Positions 39,639 through 48,653 of a stretch of DNA of 64,000 nt are shown one piece after another (the stretch's first letter is position 1; every line of letters begins with the position of its first letter). The notes under the pieces were generated by a model that searched no databases, had not been told where the DNA came from, and was given only the letters and a program-made list of their open reading frames with translations. Position numbers and translations under genes: made by a program. This stretch comes from a virus. Where the stretch lies: positions 1 through 64,000 of the IMG/VR virus record IMGVR_UViG_3300027365_000010; one strand, written 5' to 3'.

Positions 39639-40019
39639 TTATACCCGTGAGAATAGATACTTAAGCTTTAGACGTTTAATACGATGAAGGAACTCGTCAA
39701 TATCGTTACTATCGTTATCTTTATAACCAATCAGGAATACTTGATCCTTCATTTCATCTTCACTTTCAGCATTATGTTTGATGATATCAGACACACGTCG
39801 ATATCCACTAACATAGGTATCCCAGTCTTTTTCCATAGTCCCAAGTGTCTTTTTAGCGGCAATGGAAATTCTCTGTATGTGTTGTTTCGAATAGAACCGA
39901 ACTTCAATTACACCATCCCATCTATCACGGAACATCTTCTCTCGACTAAGACGCATTTTTACAACGTTGCCATCTTCGTCATATTCGATTTCATGTTCTA
40001 GATTTTTATCATCAGCCAT
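39639..40019 (-). CDS. hypothetical protein
   Basis: GAGGTG SD; overlaps the upstream gene. Confidence 0.7.
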   Translation of the reverse strand: MADDKNLEHEIEYDEDGNVVKMRLSREKMFRDRWDGVIEVRFYSKQHIQRISIAAKKTLGTMEKDWDTYVSGYRRVSDIIKHNAESEDEMKDQVFLIGYKDNDSNDIDEFLHRIKRLKLKYLFSRV

Positions 40020-40353
40020 TGTTCACCTCGTCATTAATCATAGTCATACATTCTTTAAAGAATATACCAGACTGTTTTTCAATACTCAAGTCTTTATTTG
40101 CGTATACACTACTTACCATTTTTTTATAAAAATCGTAAACTTCTTGAGTATTTGCATAGCTACCTACAAATGATAATACTTTACCTTTTGGATAGTAATG
40201 GCGCAATCTATGTATTTCTAGAAATATTTCATCTGAAATAAGAGTACAACTAATAAACTTTTTGTTAAACTCTTCCTTCCCAGCTTCTGGTATTTGCGAG
40301 GGATATGCATTAAAACTAAAGAAGAATAGTGCAGCTATTAAGAAATATTTCAT
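40012..40353 (-). CDS. secreted protein with signal peptide
   Basis: MKYFLIAALFFFSFNAYP. Confidence 0.7.
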   Translation of the reverse strand: MKYFLIAALFFFSFNAYPSQIPEAGKEEFNKKFISCTLISDEIFLEIHRLRHYYPKGKVLSFVGSYANTQEVYDFYKKMVSSVYANKDLSIEKQSGIFFKECMTMINDEVNNG

Positions 40354-40361
40354 AATATTGA

Positions 40362-40382
40362 AACGGGGCGTATCACCCCGTT
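40362..40382 (-). terminator. GC-rich hairpin, probable terminator
   Basis: AACGGGG-7nt-CCCCGTT just after the stop at 40392. Confidence 0.55.
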
Positions 40383-40391
40383 CTCCCCTAT

Positions 40392-40700
40392 TTACTTACC
40401 TTGATTTTCAAGAGTTACGAGTTTGATTTGCATGAAATCTTCTGGGAAGAAATTGGTTGTATAGAAGATAGCATGCTTCTTTGTAACACTGTTGTACACG
40501 CCAAACGTTTCCAGTGTTCCAGTTTTCTTGCTCTTATGGAAGCATTTATAGACTCGACTGTTATCAGCATGGAGGTTGATAAAGTCCAGTGCTTCTAGGA
40601 CCAGCGAATCCAGCGGCATACGATTTTCGTTTTGTTGACGAAAGCCGCGCTGATTACGTGGGTTGCGTTGACGGTTACGATTTTGATTTTGTTGTGTCAT
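40392..40700 (-). CDS. small early protein with an Arg/Gln/Asn-rich N-terminal arm
   Basis: MTQQNQNRNRQRNPRNQRGFRQQ; TTGACA-16-TATTCT promoter at 40765-40792; GAGGA SD. Confidence 0.75.
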   Translation of the reverse strand: MTQQNQNRNRQRNPRNQRGFRQQNENRMPLDSLVLEALDFINLHADNSRVYKCFHKSKKTGTLETFGVYNSVTKKHAIFYTTNFFPEDFMQIKLVTLENQGK

Positions 40701-40808
40701 AAAAAATCCTCAATAGGAGTTAGTTAGTTTTAGTTTACTTAGATCGCTCATCGATCTGTTACCTAGAATACCATTTTCAGAATCTTTGTCAACACATCAA
40801 AATAAAAT

Positions 40809-41096
40809 TTATATTGGTTGAATATCAACAACTTTGAAGTACGTATTACCGATCAAAATTTCGTCACCATGTGTGATGTTTTCAATGGTTGTCTTTATAT
40901 CGTTCACTGTGAACATGTACGTCTCAGGAACATCAACATAATAATCGTCTTCAAAAATTACCCTAAGCATTGGCTGTTTTTTGAATTCTATAAACTCGTC
41001 GCCGTTAAGCTCGGTGTACAACGCTTCCAACGCAATGTCTTTTTCTTCTTTTGTTTCCTTGTCTCTAACACGGACCATAGTACCTGCATCTAAACA
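40809..41096 (-). mobile_element. split intein N-fragment plus degenerate Hint-like tail
   Basis: CLDAGTMVRVRDKETKEEKDIALEALYTELN; no block F/G and no terminal HN. Confidence 0.8.
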
Positions 41097-41705
41097 ATAC
41101 AGTAGTGATATTGAAAGTCCACGACCAGTATTTTCAGTTGTAGTCTGTGCAACAATAGACGACTTATTGTCAAATACTATGCGTCCACTCGCATAGGTGG
41201 TAACACCACAACGAATGTGATCAGGGCATTCCTCATATGCATAGCGTATCCGATCCATGATTTCGGCAGCACCAGTGCCTTTATGAGCCGCTACAAGGAT
41301 GTTTGTATCTCTTACGAACATCGCATACCATAATAGATATAACGCTGCACAGGCGGTATTATGACTTACTATACCATTACTGTAGTACTGTTGTGAATGA
41401 TCATTGACTTGAATATCATACATAGTTTCTGAGTACCCTAAACTTTCGACTCTTGTCACAGACTCTAATCCATTATCGGTAAGAATGTGATCACCTACAC
41501 TTATGTTTTTCACGAACGTTTCAATGCAACCATCTTTGATCACTATGTGATCATCTGCACATTTTAAACTAAAATTTTCAGTACAGATCTCCCATACCTC
41601 AAACTCAATGGTCGTATGTAAGCTCATTATATCTTTATATCCATTGGGAGTTAACACTTCCCAATCATCAACGATGATTGAATCCGTTATTTTCTTCTCA
41701 CTCAT
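40809..41705 (-). CDS. terL: large terminase middle fragment flanked by two split-intein halves (IntC-TerL ATPase segment-IntN)
   Basis: aa1-116 intein C-part ending YYSNGIVSHN; aa117-203 T4 gp17-like TACAALYLLWYAMF...TGRGLSISLLY; aa204 onward intein block A CLDAGTMVRVRD. Confidence 0.88.
   Translation of the reverse strand: MSEKKITDSIIVDDWEVLTPNGYKDIMSLHTTIEFEVWEICTENFSLKCADDHIVIKDGCIETFVKNISVGDHILTDNGLESVTRVESLGYSETMYDIQVNDHSQQYYSNGIVSHNTACAALYLLWYAMFVRDTNILVAAHKGTGAAEIMDRIRYAYEECPDHIRCGVTTYASGRIVFDNKSSIVAQTTTENTGRGLSISLLYCLDAGTMVRVRDKETKEEKDIALEALYTELNGDEFIEFKKQPMLRVIFEDDYYVDVPETYMFTVNDIKTTIENITHGDEILIGNTYFKVVDIQPI
41358..41705 (-). mobile_element. split intein C-fragment (atypically long, 116 aa)
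   Basis: WEVLTPNGY, LKCADDH (block B), MYDIQV (block F), SHN followed by +1 Thr (block G); no block A. Confidence 0.85.
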
Positions 41706-41727
41706 AATTTTACCTTTACTGTGTGAA

Positions 41728-41763
41728 TATTTATATCACAATACCTTACTACGTCAATAAATA
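41728..41763. promoter_or_regulatory. divergent T4-like late promoters for the terL fragment and gp13
   Basis: TATAAATA (-) 41728-41735; AATAAATA (+) 41756-41763. Confidence 0.75.
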
Positions 41764-41788
41764 CTATAAAACAACAAAGGATAATAAC

Positions 41789-42547
41789 ATGCCCGAATCA
41801 AAAACTATGAAACAAGCCGTACAAGAGGTTCGTTTAACACTTGGCGATGGATTGGTTGATCTAGAACTTAGTAAAGAGCATATCAATTATGCATTAGATT
41901 TTGCAATGAAGGTGTACCGCCAACGAGCTTCTAATGCTACTGCGGAAACAGGTACGATCTTTAAATATAAAAAATTCACACAACAATATGACTTGAGTGA
42001 TACTGATATCGTTGACATCAAAGAAATAAAAAGAAACACAATAGGGTCAAGTGCAGCAACTGATTACACTCAAGATCCATTCTTGATGATGTATATGAAC
42101 CAGATGATGCATGCTTTAAATCAAAATATGACATATGGAAGTATTGCCACGGTACATATACAACATAACTATATCAAAACACTGGAACAGATTGTGGCTG
42201 GTCGCATAGACTATGCTTGGAATCCAAGCACAAAAATATTACAGATATTCAATAAAATAGGACGTGATGAGGTATTTTTACTTGTTACTGAATCATATCG
42301 TAGCAATGATGAACTACTTAATGATGTTTATATTCGTCCATGGATTATCTCGTATGCCGCAGCAAAGTCGAAGATGATGTTAGGTGAAGGTCGTTCTAAA
42401 TTTCAGAACTTGGCAGGTCCGCAAGGTGGTGTTACACTCAATGGAAGCGAATTGAAACAAGAAGCTCAGACTGAATTGGAAAAGCTGGAAGAGCAGTTGA
42501 AAAATTCAGATACTGACGATGAAGGCTATAACATTTATTTTGGCTAA
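41789..42547 (+). CDS. gp13: neck / head-tail adaptor (T4 gp13-like)
   Basis: LGDGLVDLEL, WI..YA.A.SK..LGE.RSKF...GPQGGVTLNG; AAGGA SD before 41789. Confidence 0.85.
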   Translation: MPESKTMKQAVQEVRLTLGDGLVDLELSKEHINYALDFAMKVYRQRASNATAETGTIFKYKKFTQQYDLSDTDIVDIKEIKRNTIGSSAATDYTQDPFLMMYMNQMMHALNQNMTYGSIATVHIQHNYIKTLEQIVAGRIDYAWNPSTKILQIFNKIGRDEVFLLVTESYRSNDELLNDVYIRPWIISYAAAKSKMMLGEGRSKFQNLAGPQGGVTLNGSELKQEAQTELEKLEEQLKNSDTDDEGYNIYFG

Positions 42548-42556
42548 GAAGGTACT

Positions 42557-42982
42557 ATGATCAAGTGTGTAGGTTGTCTTATATATGATAAAGATAAAGA
42601 TATGTTTCTTTTACAACAACGTTCCAAGAATTCATCCCATCCTTTAAAATGGGGATTTTGGGGCGGGAAACTTGAGAAAGGTGAGAACTTTGCTCAAGGG
42701 CTGAAACGTGAAATTAAGGAAGAGTTAGGAACCTACCCGGAGTTCGACAAACTATTCCCACTTGATGTTTTTCTTAGCGATGATACAAAATTCATATATT
42801 ACTCATTCGTCATGGTTGTAGACAAATTTGATGATTTCTGTATATCAAGTAAAGAAACAAACGACTTCATATGGTTGCCGTTAAACTGTATTGGTCGTAT
42901 AGATATACATGAAGGGTTACGAAAAACTCTTAAAAATAAATACCATATTCTAGAAGATATAATTGGGAGATATAAACAATAA
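42557..42982 (+). CDS. NUDIX hydrolase
   Basis: GGKLEKGENFAQGLKREIKEELG Nudix box. Confidence 0.92.
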   Translation: MIKCVGCLIYDKDKDMFLLQQRSKNSSHPLKWGFWGGKLEKGENFAQGLKREIKEELGTYPEFDKLFPLDVFLSDDTKFIYYSFVMVVDKFDDFCISSKETNDFIWLPLNCIGRIDIHEGLRKTLKNKYHILEDIIGRYKQ

Positions 42983-43773
42983 TGAAAATAAAAGACGTTC
43001 TAAATGAAGCGGTGGAAGTACATGGTAATGAACTAGTAGCTTACTGTATTGTAGTTGCGGAAGAATTTAAGAAACTACCATACCTTGACGAAGATGCATT
43101 ACCATTATGGCAAGCCGTGGCTGAACATAATAATAAAATGTTATCAAAAATTCTAAAAAAGGTTAGGATCGAATATACCAGTCGTGATCCATATAAAACA
43201 CAGAAAGATATGATGTACGATATCATCGTGAATAATCGTATGAAGATCTTTAAAACACCGTCGGACGAATCACATCCCGGTCTATCTGCTGTTGAAAATG
43301 ACATTCTCCGAACTGTGCATGATTTTATAGGTCATCATCTTCCTAACGAAAAAGAGTTTGCTAAATTCTTAGCAAAAAATAACTTTGAAAAGAATCCCAA
43401 CTATAAAACTTATCGCTTTAGTAAAAATAGCTTTACAGTACGAGGCGAAATGAATACCTATCTGACGCATACTAAATTACTTCCTAAAAAGCTAAAGCCC
43501 GTGTTATTCACTGAAATAGTAGGGCAAATATGTACATACTTCGTGACCAATGATTTCACTGATAACAAAGTAGCTGTAATGAAAGGTATCGACTTTGATA
43601 AAGTAGGTATGTTTACTGACAAGAATCTTACCATAAGGAAAGAGCGTTATCGAACTATGCTTGATGATGATTCTATAGAAAAGTTCAAGACTGAATTGGG
43701 CGATTATGATAAATCAACGATAAGATGGAATCTTTTAAGTCGTGGAGAAGGACAGGTAAGGAAGAGAGATTGA
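42982..43773 (+). CDS. hypothetical late protein with LNE leader and HDxxGH motif
   Basis: MKIKDVLNE; RTVHDFIGHH, GE...H, LFTEIVGQ. Confidence 0.7.
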   Translation: MKIKDVLNEAVEVHGNELVAYCIVVAEEFKKLPYLDEDALPLWQAVAEHNNKMLSKILKKVRIEYTSRDPYKTQKDMMYDIIVNNRMKIFKTPSDESHPGLSAVENDILRTVHDFIGHHLPNEKEFAKFLAKNNFEKNPNYKTYRFSKNSFTVRGEMNTYLTHTKLLPKKLKPVLFTEIVGQICTYFVTNDFTDNKVAVMKGIDFDKVGMFTDKNLTIRKERYRTMLDDDSIEKFKTELGDYDKSTIRWNLLSRGEGQVRKRD

Positions 43774-43782
43774 CCCTCTTCC

Positions 43783-44037
43783 TTATTTTTTATTAATATC
43801 CTTGTTGTAGATCTCTTCTGCAAGATCGTCTTTGATTTTGAATAGGCTAAGTACCGCGCTGATACTTTCCACCAAAACAACAAAAAGAACAAAGAATATA
43901 CAAAATGCAAAATATCCAAGACCCATATCTTTAGGCTCACCCAGTGCTGTGTTAAATCCTTGAGAATCAAGCTTACTTAACACCACAAACACTAGCAGAC
44001 CAGAAAGCATTAAAAATGTGAGTATTGGATATTCCAT
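43783..44037 (-). CDS. small membrane protein (2 TM)
   Basis: two hydrophobic helices. Confidence 0.65.
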   Translation of the reverse strand: MEYPILTFLMLSGLLVFVVLSKLDSQGFNTALGEPKDMGLGYFAFCIFFVLFVVLVESISAVLSLFKIKDDLAEEIYNKDINKK

Positions 44038-44052
44038 GTTACACCTGTATCG

Positions 44053-44409
44053 TTATTGTACTTGTACAACCAGTGAATTAAAGATACTTTCGAGATAAGC
44101 ACGATGTGCTTTCGGGGCATCTTCACGATTCTTAACCATGTCAGTGATAATAGCAAAGTTGATATCACTAAAGGTAGAGCCTTCTTTGATGTCAACTACG
44201 TAGCTAACTTCACTTTCTCGTGCCACACGAATGCCTTCTTTTTTAATAAAGGTATCACGTGGTGAACAATACGATACTTTATATTCAACTTGTGTCTCAT
44301 TAAGTTTCTGAGAAACAATTGTGAAATTAACGTTTTTCCAGTGTTCCAGTGAATTTCCAACTACGACACCACGGACATGGCGAATTTTCTCTTGATACGG
44401 CTTACTCAT
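44053..44409 (-). CDS. hypothetical protein
   Basis: SYCSPRDTFIKKEG; AGGAG SD; sigma70 promoter. Confidence 0.75.
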   Translation of the reverse strand: MSKPYQEKIRHVRGVVVGNSLEHWKNVNFTIVSQKLNETQVEYKVSYCSPRDTFIKKEGIRVARESEVSYVVDIKEGSTFSDINFAIITDMVKNREDAPKAHRAYLESIFNSLVVQVQ

Positions 44410-44439
44410 AAAACAATCTCCTAAGTGAATTCACTACAA

Positions 44440-44468
44440 ATTCTAAGTGATTCACGACCGTATGTCAA
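44440..44468 (-). promoter_or_regulatory. sigma70-type promoter
   Basis: TTGACA-17-TAGAAT. Confidence 0.75.
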
Positions 44469-44471
44469 GAC

Positions 44472-45878
44472 TTATTTCATTTTGAATAGATGCCAGCCGT
44501 CGATATTGGGACGCCTTGCCTTGAGGTTCGCATAAATCATAGCGATATTTTTTAGAACATCGACAGTGATCTTTCGGGGCATTGGCACATAGAACAATTG
44601 ATTAAAATCATAATCCTTTTCGATCAGCTCATCGATCAATTGTACTGCTGGTGTAGGATTCGAGGCTAAGAACTCAACGAATTGATGAATGTAGATTTTA
44701 TCAAAGTTTCCAAAATAACTAAGCAATGGTATATTGAGATTATATTGTCTACCAAAGCGCTGAATGATTGGGTAGAACTCATCAACTACACTAACAACAT
44801 CATCATAGTGTTGGTCGAACAGTTTATACTCTCTTCGTTCACTATCCAGAAATATATCCCTATTGGTTGGTTTCCAGTCGTCATTGGGTACAACATGTGC
44901 CTTATACACATCGGCAATTTCATCTGATATCACATCAATATCCTGATCAACGTGAATGCGGTGAACTACAACGCCATATGGTGTATCAGCCTCTACAATA
45001 TAATAAACGTTATCGTGTGTTTCACTTTCTTCTTCTTTTCCGAACGCAACCGTTATTACTATTTCAATACCATCAACTGTCCAAAAATAATAATCAAGGA
45101 AAATACTATAACTTGGATCAGAATTCAAATGGGTACCCAGACCTTGAGCGATTTCGCTTGCAATTCCTCTCATATATTTCGCGTCTCTAAAATATAAATG
45201 AGAGTTATCACTAGGAGCATCTATTTTATCCTTTGGGGTTTGTTCCATTAGCTCATAACGATCATTGACTCTGAACGTGTCATTTATTATAGCAACGGTA
45301 CTGAAGTGTTTTGATATAAGGTTATTACCAGAATTCTCATTCTGTACTATTACCGATATACCCATTTTCTTCATTCTCTTCTGTATAGTAGATGTACTTA
45401 CTCGCGACAATTTCATCTCATTGTCCTTAATCTCTACGTCATTAAATAGTAGCTTGGAAAACATGTAACTTTCTATACTTGGATTGGAAGTTTTATAATT
45501 GTCGCTAAACTTACCTATCATGAAATCAAAGTCTTCCTTACCCAATCCTATTACTTTACTCAACTCTTTAACATGCGAAAGCTTTGTCTTCGAAAGATAA
45601 AATATAGACCCATTGATCTGAATAACATTAAGAAATTTATACTCAGCGTAGTCAGTATATGATGCTTGATCATTTAACACTGATTTAATTGGGAATGCTA
45701 CTGGAAGGTTGTTATTGGGATCAGTCTCTAAGTCACCGACCGATGAAATCTCTTCATTGGAAAATACCACAAAAAGGTTTCTTGAATAAATAAGATTATA
45801 GTCAGAAATAAAAGATTCAAATGTATCTGGGAATATATCAGACACCTTTGTTTCCACTAATAATTTTGATAGACGCAT
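44472..45878 (-). CDS. hypothetical late protein with LVE leader
   Basis: MRLSKLLVE; TATAAATA at 45899-45906; AAGGAG SD. Confidence 0.8.
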   Translation of the reverse strand: MRLSKLLVETKVSDIFPDTFESFISDYNLIYSRNLFVVFSNEEISSVGDLETDPNNNLPVAFPIKSVLNDQASYTDYAEYKFLNVIQINGSIFYLSKTKLSHVKELSKVIGLGKEDFDFMIGKFSDNYKTSNPSIESYMFSKLLFNDVEIKDNEMKLSRVSTSTIQKRMKKMGISVIVQNENSGNNLISKHFSTVAIINDTFRVNDRYELMEQTPKDKIDAPSDNSHLYFRDAKYMRGIASEIAQGLGTHLNSDPSYSIFLDYYFWTVDGIEIVITVAFGKEEESETHDNVYYIVEADTPYGVVVHRIHVDQDIDVISDEIADVYKAHVVPNDDWKPTNRDIFLDSERREYKLFDQHYDDVVSVVDEFYPIIQRFGRQYNLNIPLLSYFGNFDKIYIHQFVEFLASNPTPAVQLIDELIEKDYDFNQLFYVPMPRKITVDVLKNIAMIYANLKARRPNIDGWHLFKMK

Positions 45879-45909
45879 AGATTAATCTCCTTAACAATTA
45901 TTTATAGGT

Positions 45910-46596
45910 ATGTATATGTTTGAAGACGATGAACCATTGATGGAAGAAAAAATACTGACAAATTGCGGTCCATATTTGAACTTACTCAAAGAATTATCAA
46001 GAAATGGTATTAAGAAGCCGTTGTTACGTGGCTCGGCAACACCATATGACAGTCTTACTAAATTAGCAGTCAAAGAACGTCCCAGTCCAATAAATACAGA
46101 ACTCATTGATCACGAGATTTCAAATCAATGGTTCAAAGACAATTTCGGTATAGAGGCACGTAGCAAAACTGTATTCGTAACTACTAATCGTGGTCTAGCC
46201 AGTAGATACGGAGAGATACACTACATATTCCCTATTGGAAAGTTCAGCATTATCAATAGTGAAAAGTATGCTGATTTATTTTTAAAATTTGGCTGGATGT
46301 CTAAAGTGAAAATCTTCAGAAGTATTTACGGTACACCAGAAGAATATCCTAACATTGAGACCTATGAAGAAGCCAAAAAGTTTCTTGATTCTCTTAAAGA
46401 AAAAGACCCTGAGAAATACGAAAAAATTATACATACAATACTTTCTAATGGGGAGTATAAGAAAAACAATTTTAAAGAAGCGTTTCGTAACGGAAACGAA
46501 ATCATGCTCAAATGTAAATCATTCTATATTATAAAAGAAGATGAGCGCATTAAAGACTTTATAAATGACTTTATTTGGGATGATATATTTATTTAA
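45910..46596 (+). CDS. putative ADP-ribosyltransferase-like protein
   Basis: LLRG...RSKTVFVTT...A..YG...IFP...GNEIML; paralog of 767..1555. Confidence 0.5.
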   Translation: MYMFEDDEPLMEEKILTNCGPYLNLLKELSRNGIKKPLLRGSATPYDSLTKLAVKERPSPINTELIDHEISNQWFKDNFGIEARSKTVFVTTNRGLASRYGEIHYIFPIGKFSIINSEKYADLFLKFGWMSKVKIFRSIYGTPEEYPNIETYEEAKKFLDSLKEKDPEKYEKIIHTILSNGEYKKNNFKEAFRNGNEIMLKCKSFYIIKEDERIKDFINDFIWDDIFI

Positions 46597-46607
46597 GGCA
46601 CTAAGAC

Positions 46608-47147
46608 ATGTCATACGACAAAGATAAAGATTTACTTGATGAAATAAAAGACGAGCGCAACACCGAAAGCACTAAAGCAAGTCTTATTAGTTTGTTTGAA
46701 GGTGATAAAAATGCTGTATTTACACCAAGTACGGCAACTAGTGCTATTGGTGCGATAATTACAATTATCGTAGTTGGTACATTATGGTGGTCTAGTGTGA
46801 ATGGTCGTTTGGACAATCTGGAAAACACACAGCGGGAGCATACTGCCTTCTATGAAAATATAAGAGAGGAAGTCGATCTGAATAATAAAGCGATATACAA
46901 ACATATTCGTGAATTGGAAAAAGCTATACAGGATTTGGAAAATACATATGATACTGACAAAAGAATTGGCGATGCAGAACTACAGCAAAAGTTGTTGAAT
47001 ATAAACGTCCAGTTGAACGAGTTATCAAAAGACCTAAGTGAAGTATATCAAAATAGACAAGACTATGAACTATATAAGAAAGATATAAATTATAGTTTAA
47101 AGCGCATGGAAGATCGTCTCAAACGCTTAGAATCTGATATAAAATAA
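46608..47147 (+). CDS. single-TM coiled-coil protein
   Basis: TM AIGAIITIIVVGTLWW followed by heptad repeats. Confidence 0.7.
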   Translation: MSYDKDKDLLDEIKDERNTESTKASLISLFEGDKNAVFTPSTATSAIGAIITIIVVGTLWWSSVNGRLDNLENTQREHTAFYENIREEVDLNNKAIYKHIRELEKAIQDLENTYDTDKRIGDAELQQKLLNINVQLNELSKDLSEVYQNRQDYELYKKDINYSLKRMEDRLKRLESDIK

Positions 47148-47204
47148 AAATAAGCATTTGAAGCATAAATAAGAATATAGATTACAAAATGGAGAGATTA
47201 ATAT

Positions 47205-47876
47205 ATGCCTAGTGTATTTGATAAATATGGCGTTCCTAATGATGACAGTCAGGTAGAAGCGCAAATTCAACCAAAACTACAATACCGTTTCAAAATCGAA
47301 TTTGATGGTATGGGCGGTGTAACCGATACATTTGCTGCTACTAAAAACGTAGTAGATGTCACAATTCCAACATTCGAACAAGAACCAGTACAGATTGATA
47401 GTTATGTATCTCGTTACTATGTAGCAGGGAAGCATACCCTTGGTACATTTAACGTAAACCTACGTAACGACGCAAATAACACTGTTGCTGGGTTGGTTCA
47501 AGCACAGCTTGATCGTCAACATAACCCATATCACCAAAGTCACGCACCCTCTGCTGGTGCTATAAAGTTCAACACAAAGATAATGATGTTGAACGGCTCT
47601 AATGGTGATGCAGAATGGCCGCAAGGCGGTGGTTCAGGTGCTGAAATAACCGAAGCTTGGTTCATCACCGGATGCTGGATAACCAACGTTGAATGGGGTT
47701 CGCTAAACTACAGTACTGGTGATCCTGTACAGATTTCACTAACTCTACGTCCTGATAACGTATTCCATATTACTAATGCAATGGGATCTAGTCAAGATGT
47801 GAACTTTAGTAACTCTACTGCATTAGAAAGCTTCGAATTCCAAGACACAGTTGATGGTAACAACTCTGCTGTTTAA
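47205..47876 (+). CDS. gp19: tail tube protein (T4 gp19-like)
   Basis: QPKLQYRFKIEF, YVAGKH, LRND, GCWITNVEWGSLNYS; CATAAATA at 47164-47171. Confidence 0.8.
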   Translation: MPSVFDKYGVPNDDSQVEAQIQPKLQYRFKIEFDGMGGVTDTFAATKNVVDVTIPTFEQEPVQIDSYVSRYYVAGKHTLGTFNVNLRNDANNTVAGLVQAQLDRQHNPYHQSHAPSAGAIKFNTKIMMLNGSNGDAEWPQGGGSGAEITEAWFITGCWITNVEWGSLNYSTGDPVQISLTLRPDNVFHITNAMGSSQDVNFSNSTALESFEFQDTVDGNNSAV

Positions 47877-47889
47877 CTAAGGGGTTAAT

Positions 47890-48651
47890 ATGGCTTTATA
47901 TGCTAAATATGGCATCCCAATAGATGGTCTGAGCCCACGGGATGTCGCGATTCAGCCTAAGCTTAAATTTAAATTTAGAGTTAGATTTGTAAACTTTGGG
48001 GGGCTGGAATCAGCCTCCTATTCGTTTGACTCTACTCAACAAGCAATCAGTGTTGGTAGACCAAAGGTGACCTTTGAGGCTACTGAACTAGGAACGTATG
48101 CTGGTTCAATAAAAGTTTTCAATAAACCTAAGTTTGAAAATATCACCGTAACATTTCGTGACGATATTGCCAACTCTTTAAGTGAGGCTGTTGCTTCTCA
48201 ATTGCAAAAGCAATACGACTTTAACGAAGGTAGGTATGCCTTAAGCGGCGGTGCATGTAAGTTCACAATGATAATAGAAACACTGGATGGTATTAATGAA
48301 ATGAGAGCAGTTGATGCTTTTAGACTGGAAGGTTGTTTTATCGAAAGTGTGGACTTTGGATCATTGAGCTACATGGAGGGTGGACTTAATGAAATTCCAT
48401 TGGTTATTTCATACGACTACTTAGGTGGTTATTATTCTGAAGTGAATGGTGTTGAATCTGCTAAACAATTATTCTGGTACGTAACTAGTAATGCGTCAGT
48501 AATGGCTACCCCTCCCGAGTCAAAGCTATCAAGCACTGGGGAAGGACAAGGAATGTTGGGCGAAGTTACTGATACAGTGACTAATAGCATCTCGTCAGGT
48601 GTAAATAGTGTTACTGATAGCGTAAGCGGATTTTTCAATAACGAGGAATAA
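47890..48651 (+). CDS. tail tube-like paralog
   Basis: KYGIP, QPKLKFKFRVRF, FRDD, LEGCFIESVDFGSLSY. Confidence 0.75.
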   Translation: MALYAKYGIPIDGLSPRDVAIQPKLKFKFRVRFVNFGGLESASYSFDSTQQAISVGRPKVTFEATELGTYAGSIKVFNKPKFENITVTFRDDIANSLSEAVASQLQKQYDFNEGRYALSGGACKFTMIIETLDGINEMRAVDAFRLEGCFIESVDFGSLSYMEGGLNEIPLVISYDYLGGYYSEVNGVESAKQLFWYVTSNASVMATPPESKLSSTGEGQGMLGEVTDTVTNSISSGVNSVTDSVSGFFNNEE

Positions 48652-48653
48652 TA

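Noticed and set aside
41085-41105. Reading LLYCLD as an intact Walker B so that TerL simply continues
   Set aside because: It lacks the DE pair, and the downstream sequence matches intein block A, not terminase.
46608-47147. Holin or spanin assignment for the TM coiled-coil protein
   Set aside because: No adjacent endolysin or lipoprotein partner; topology alone is insufficient.
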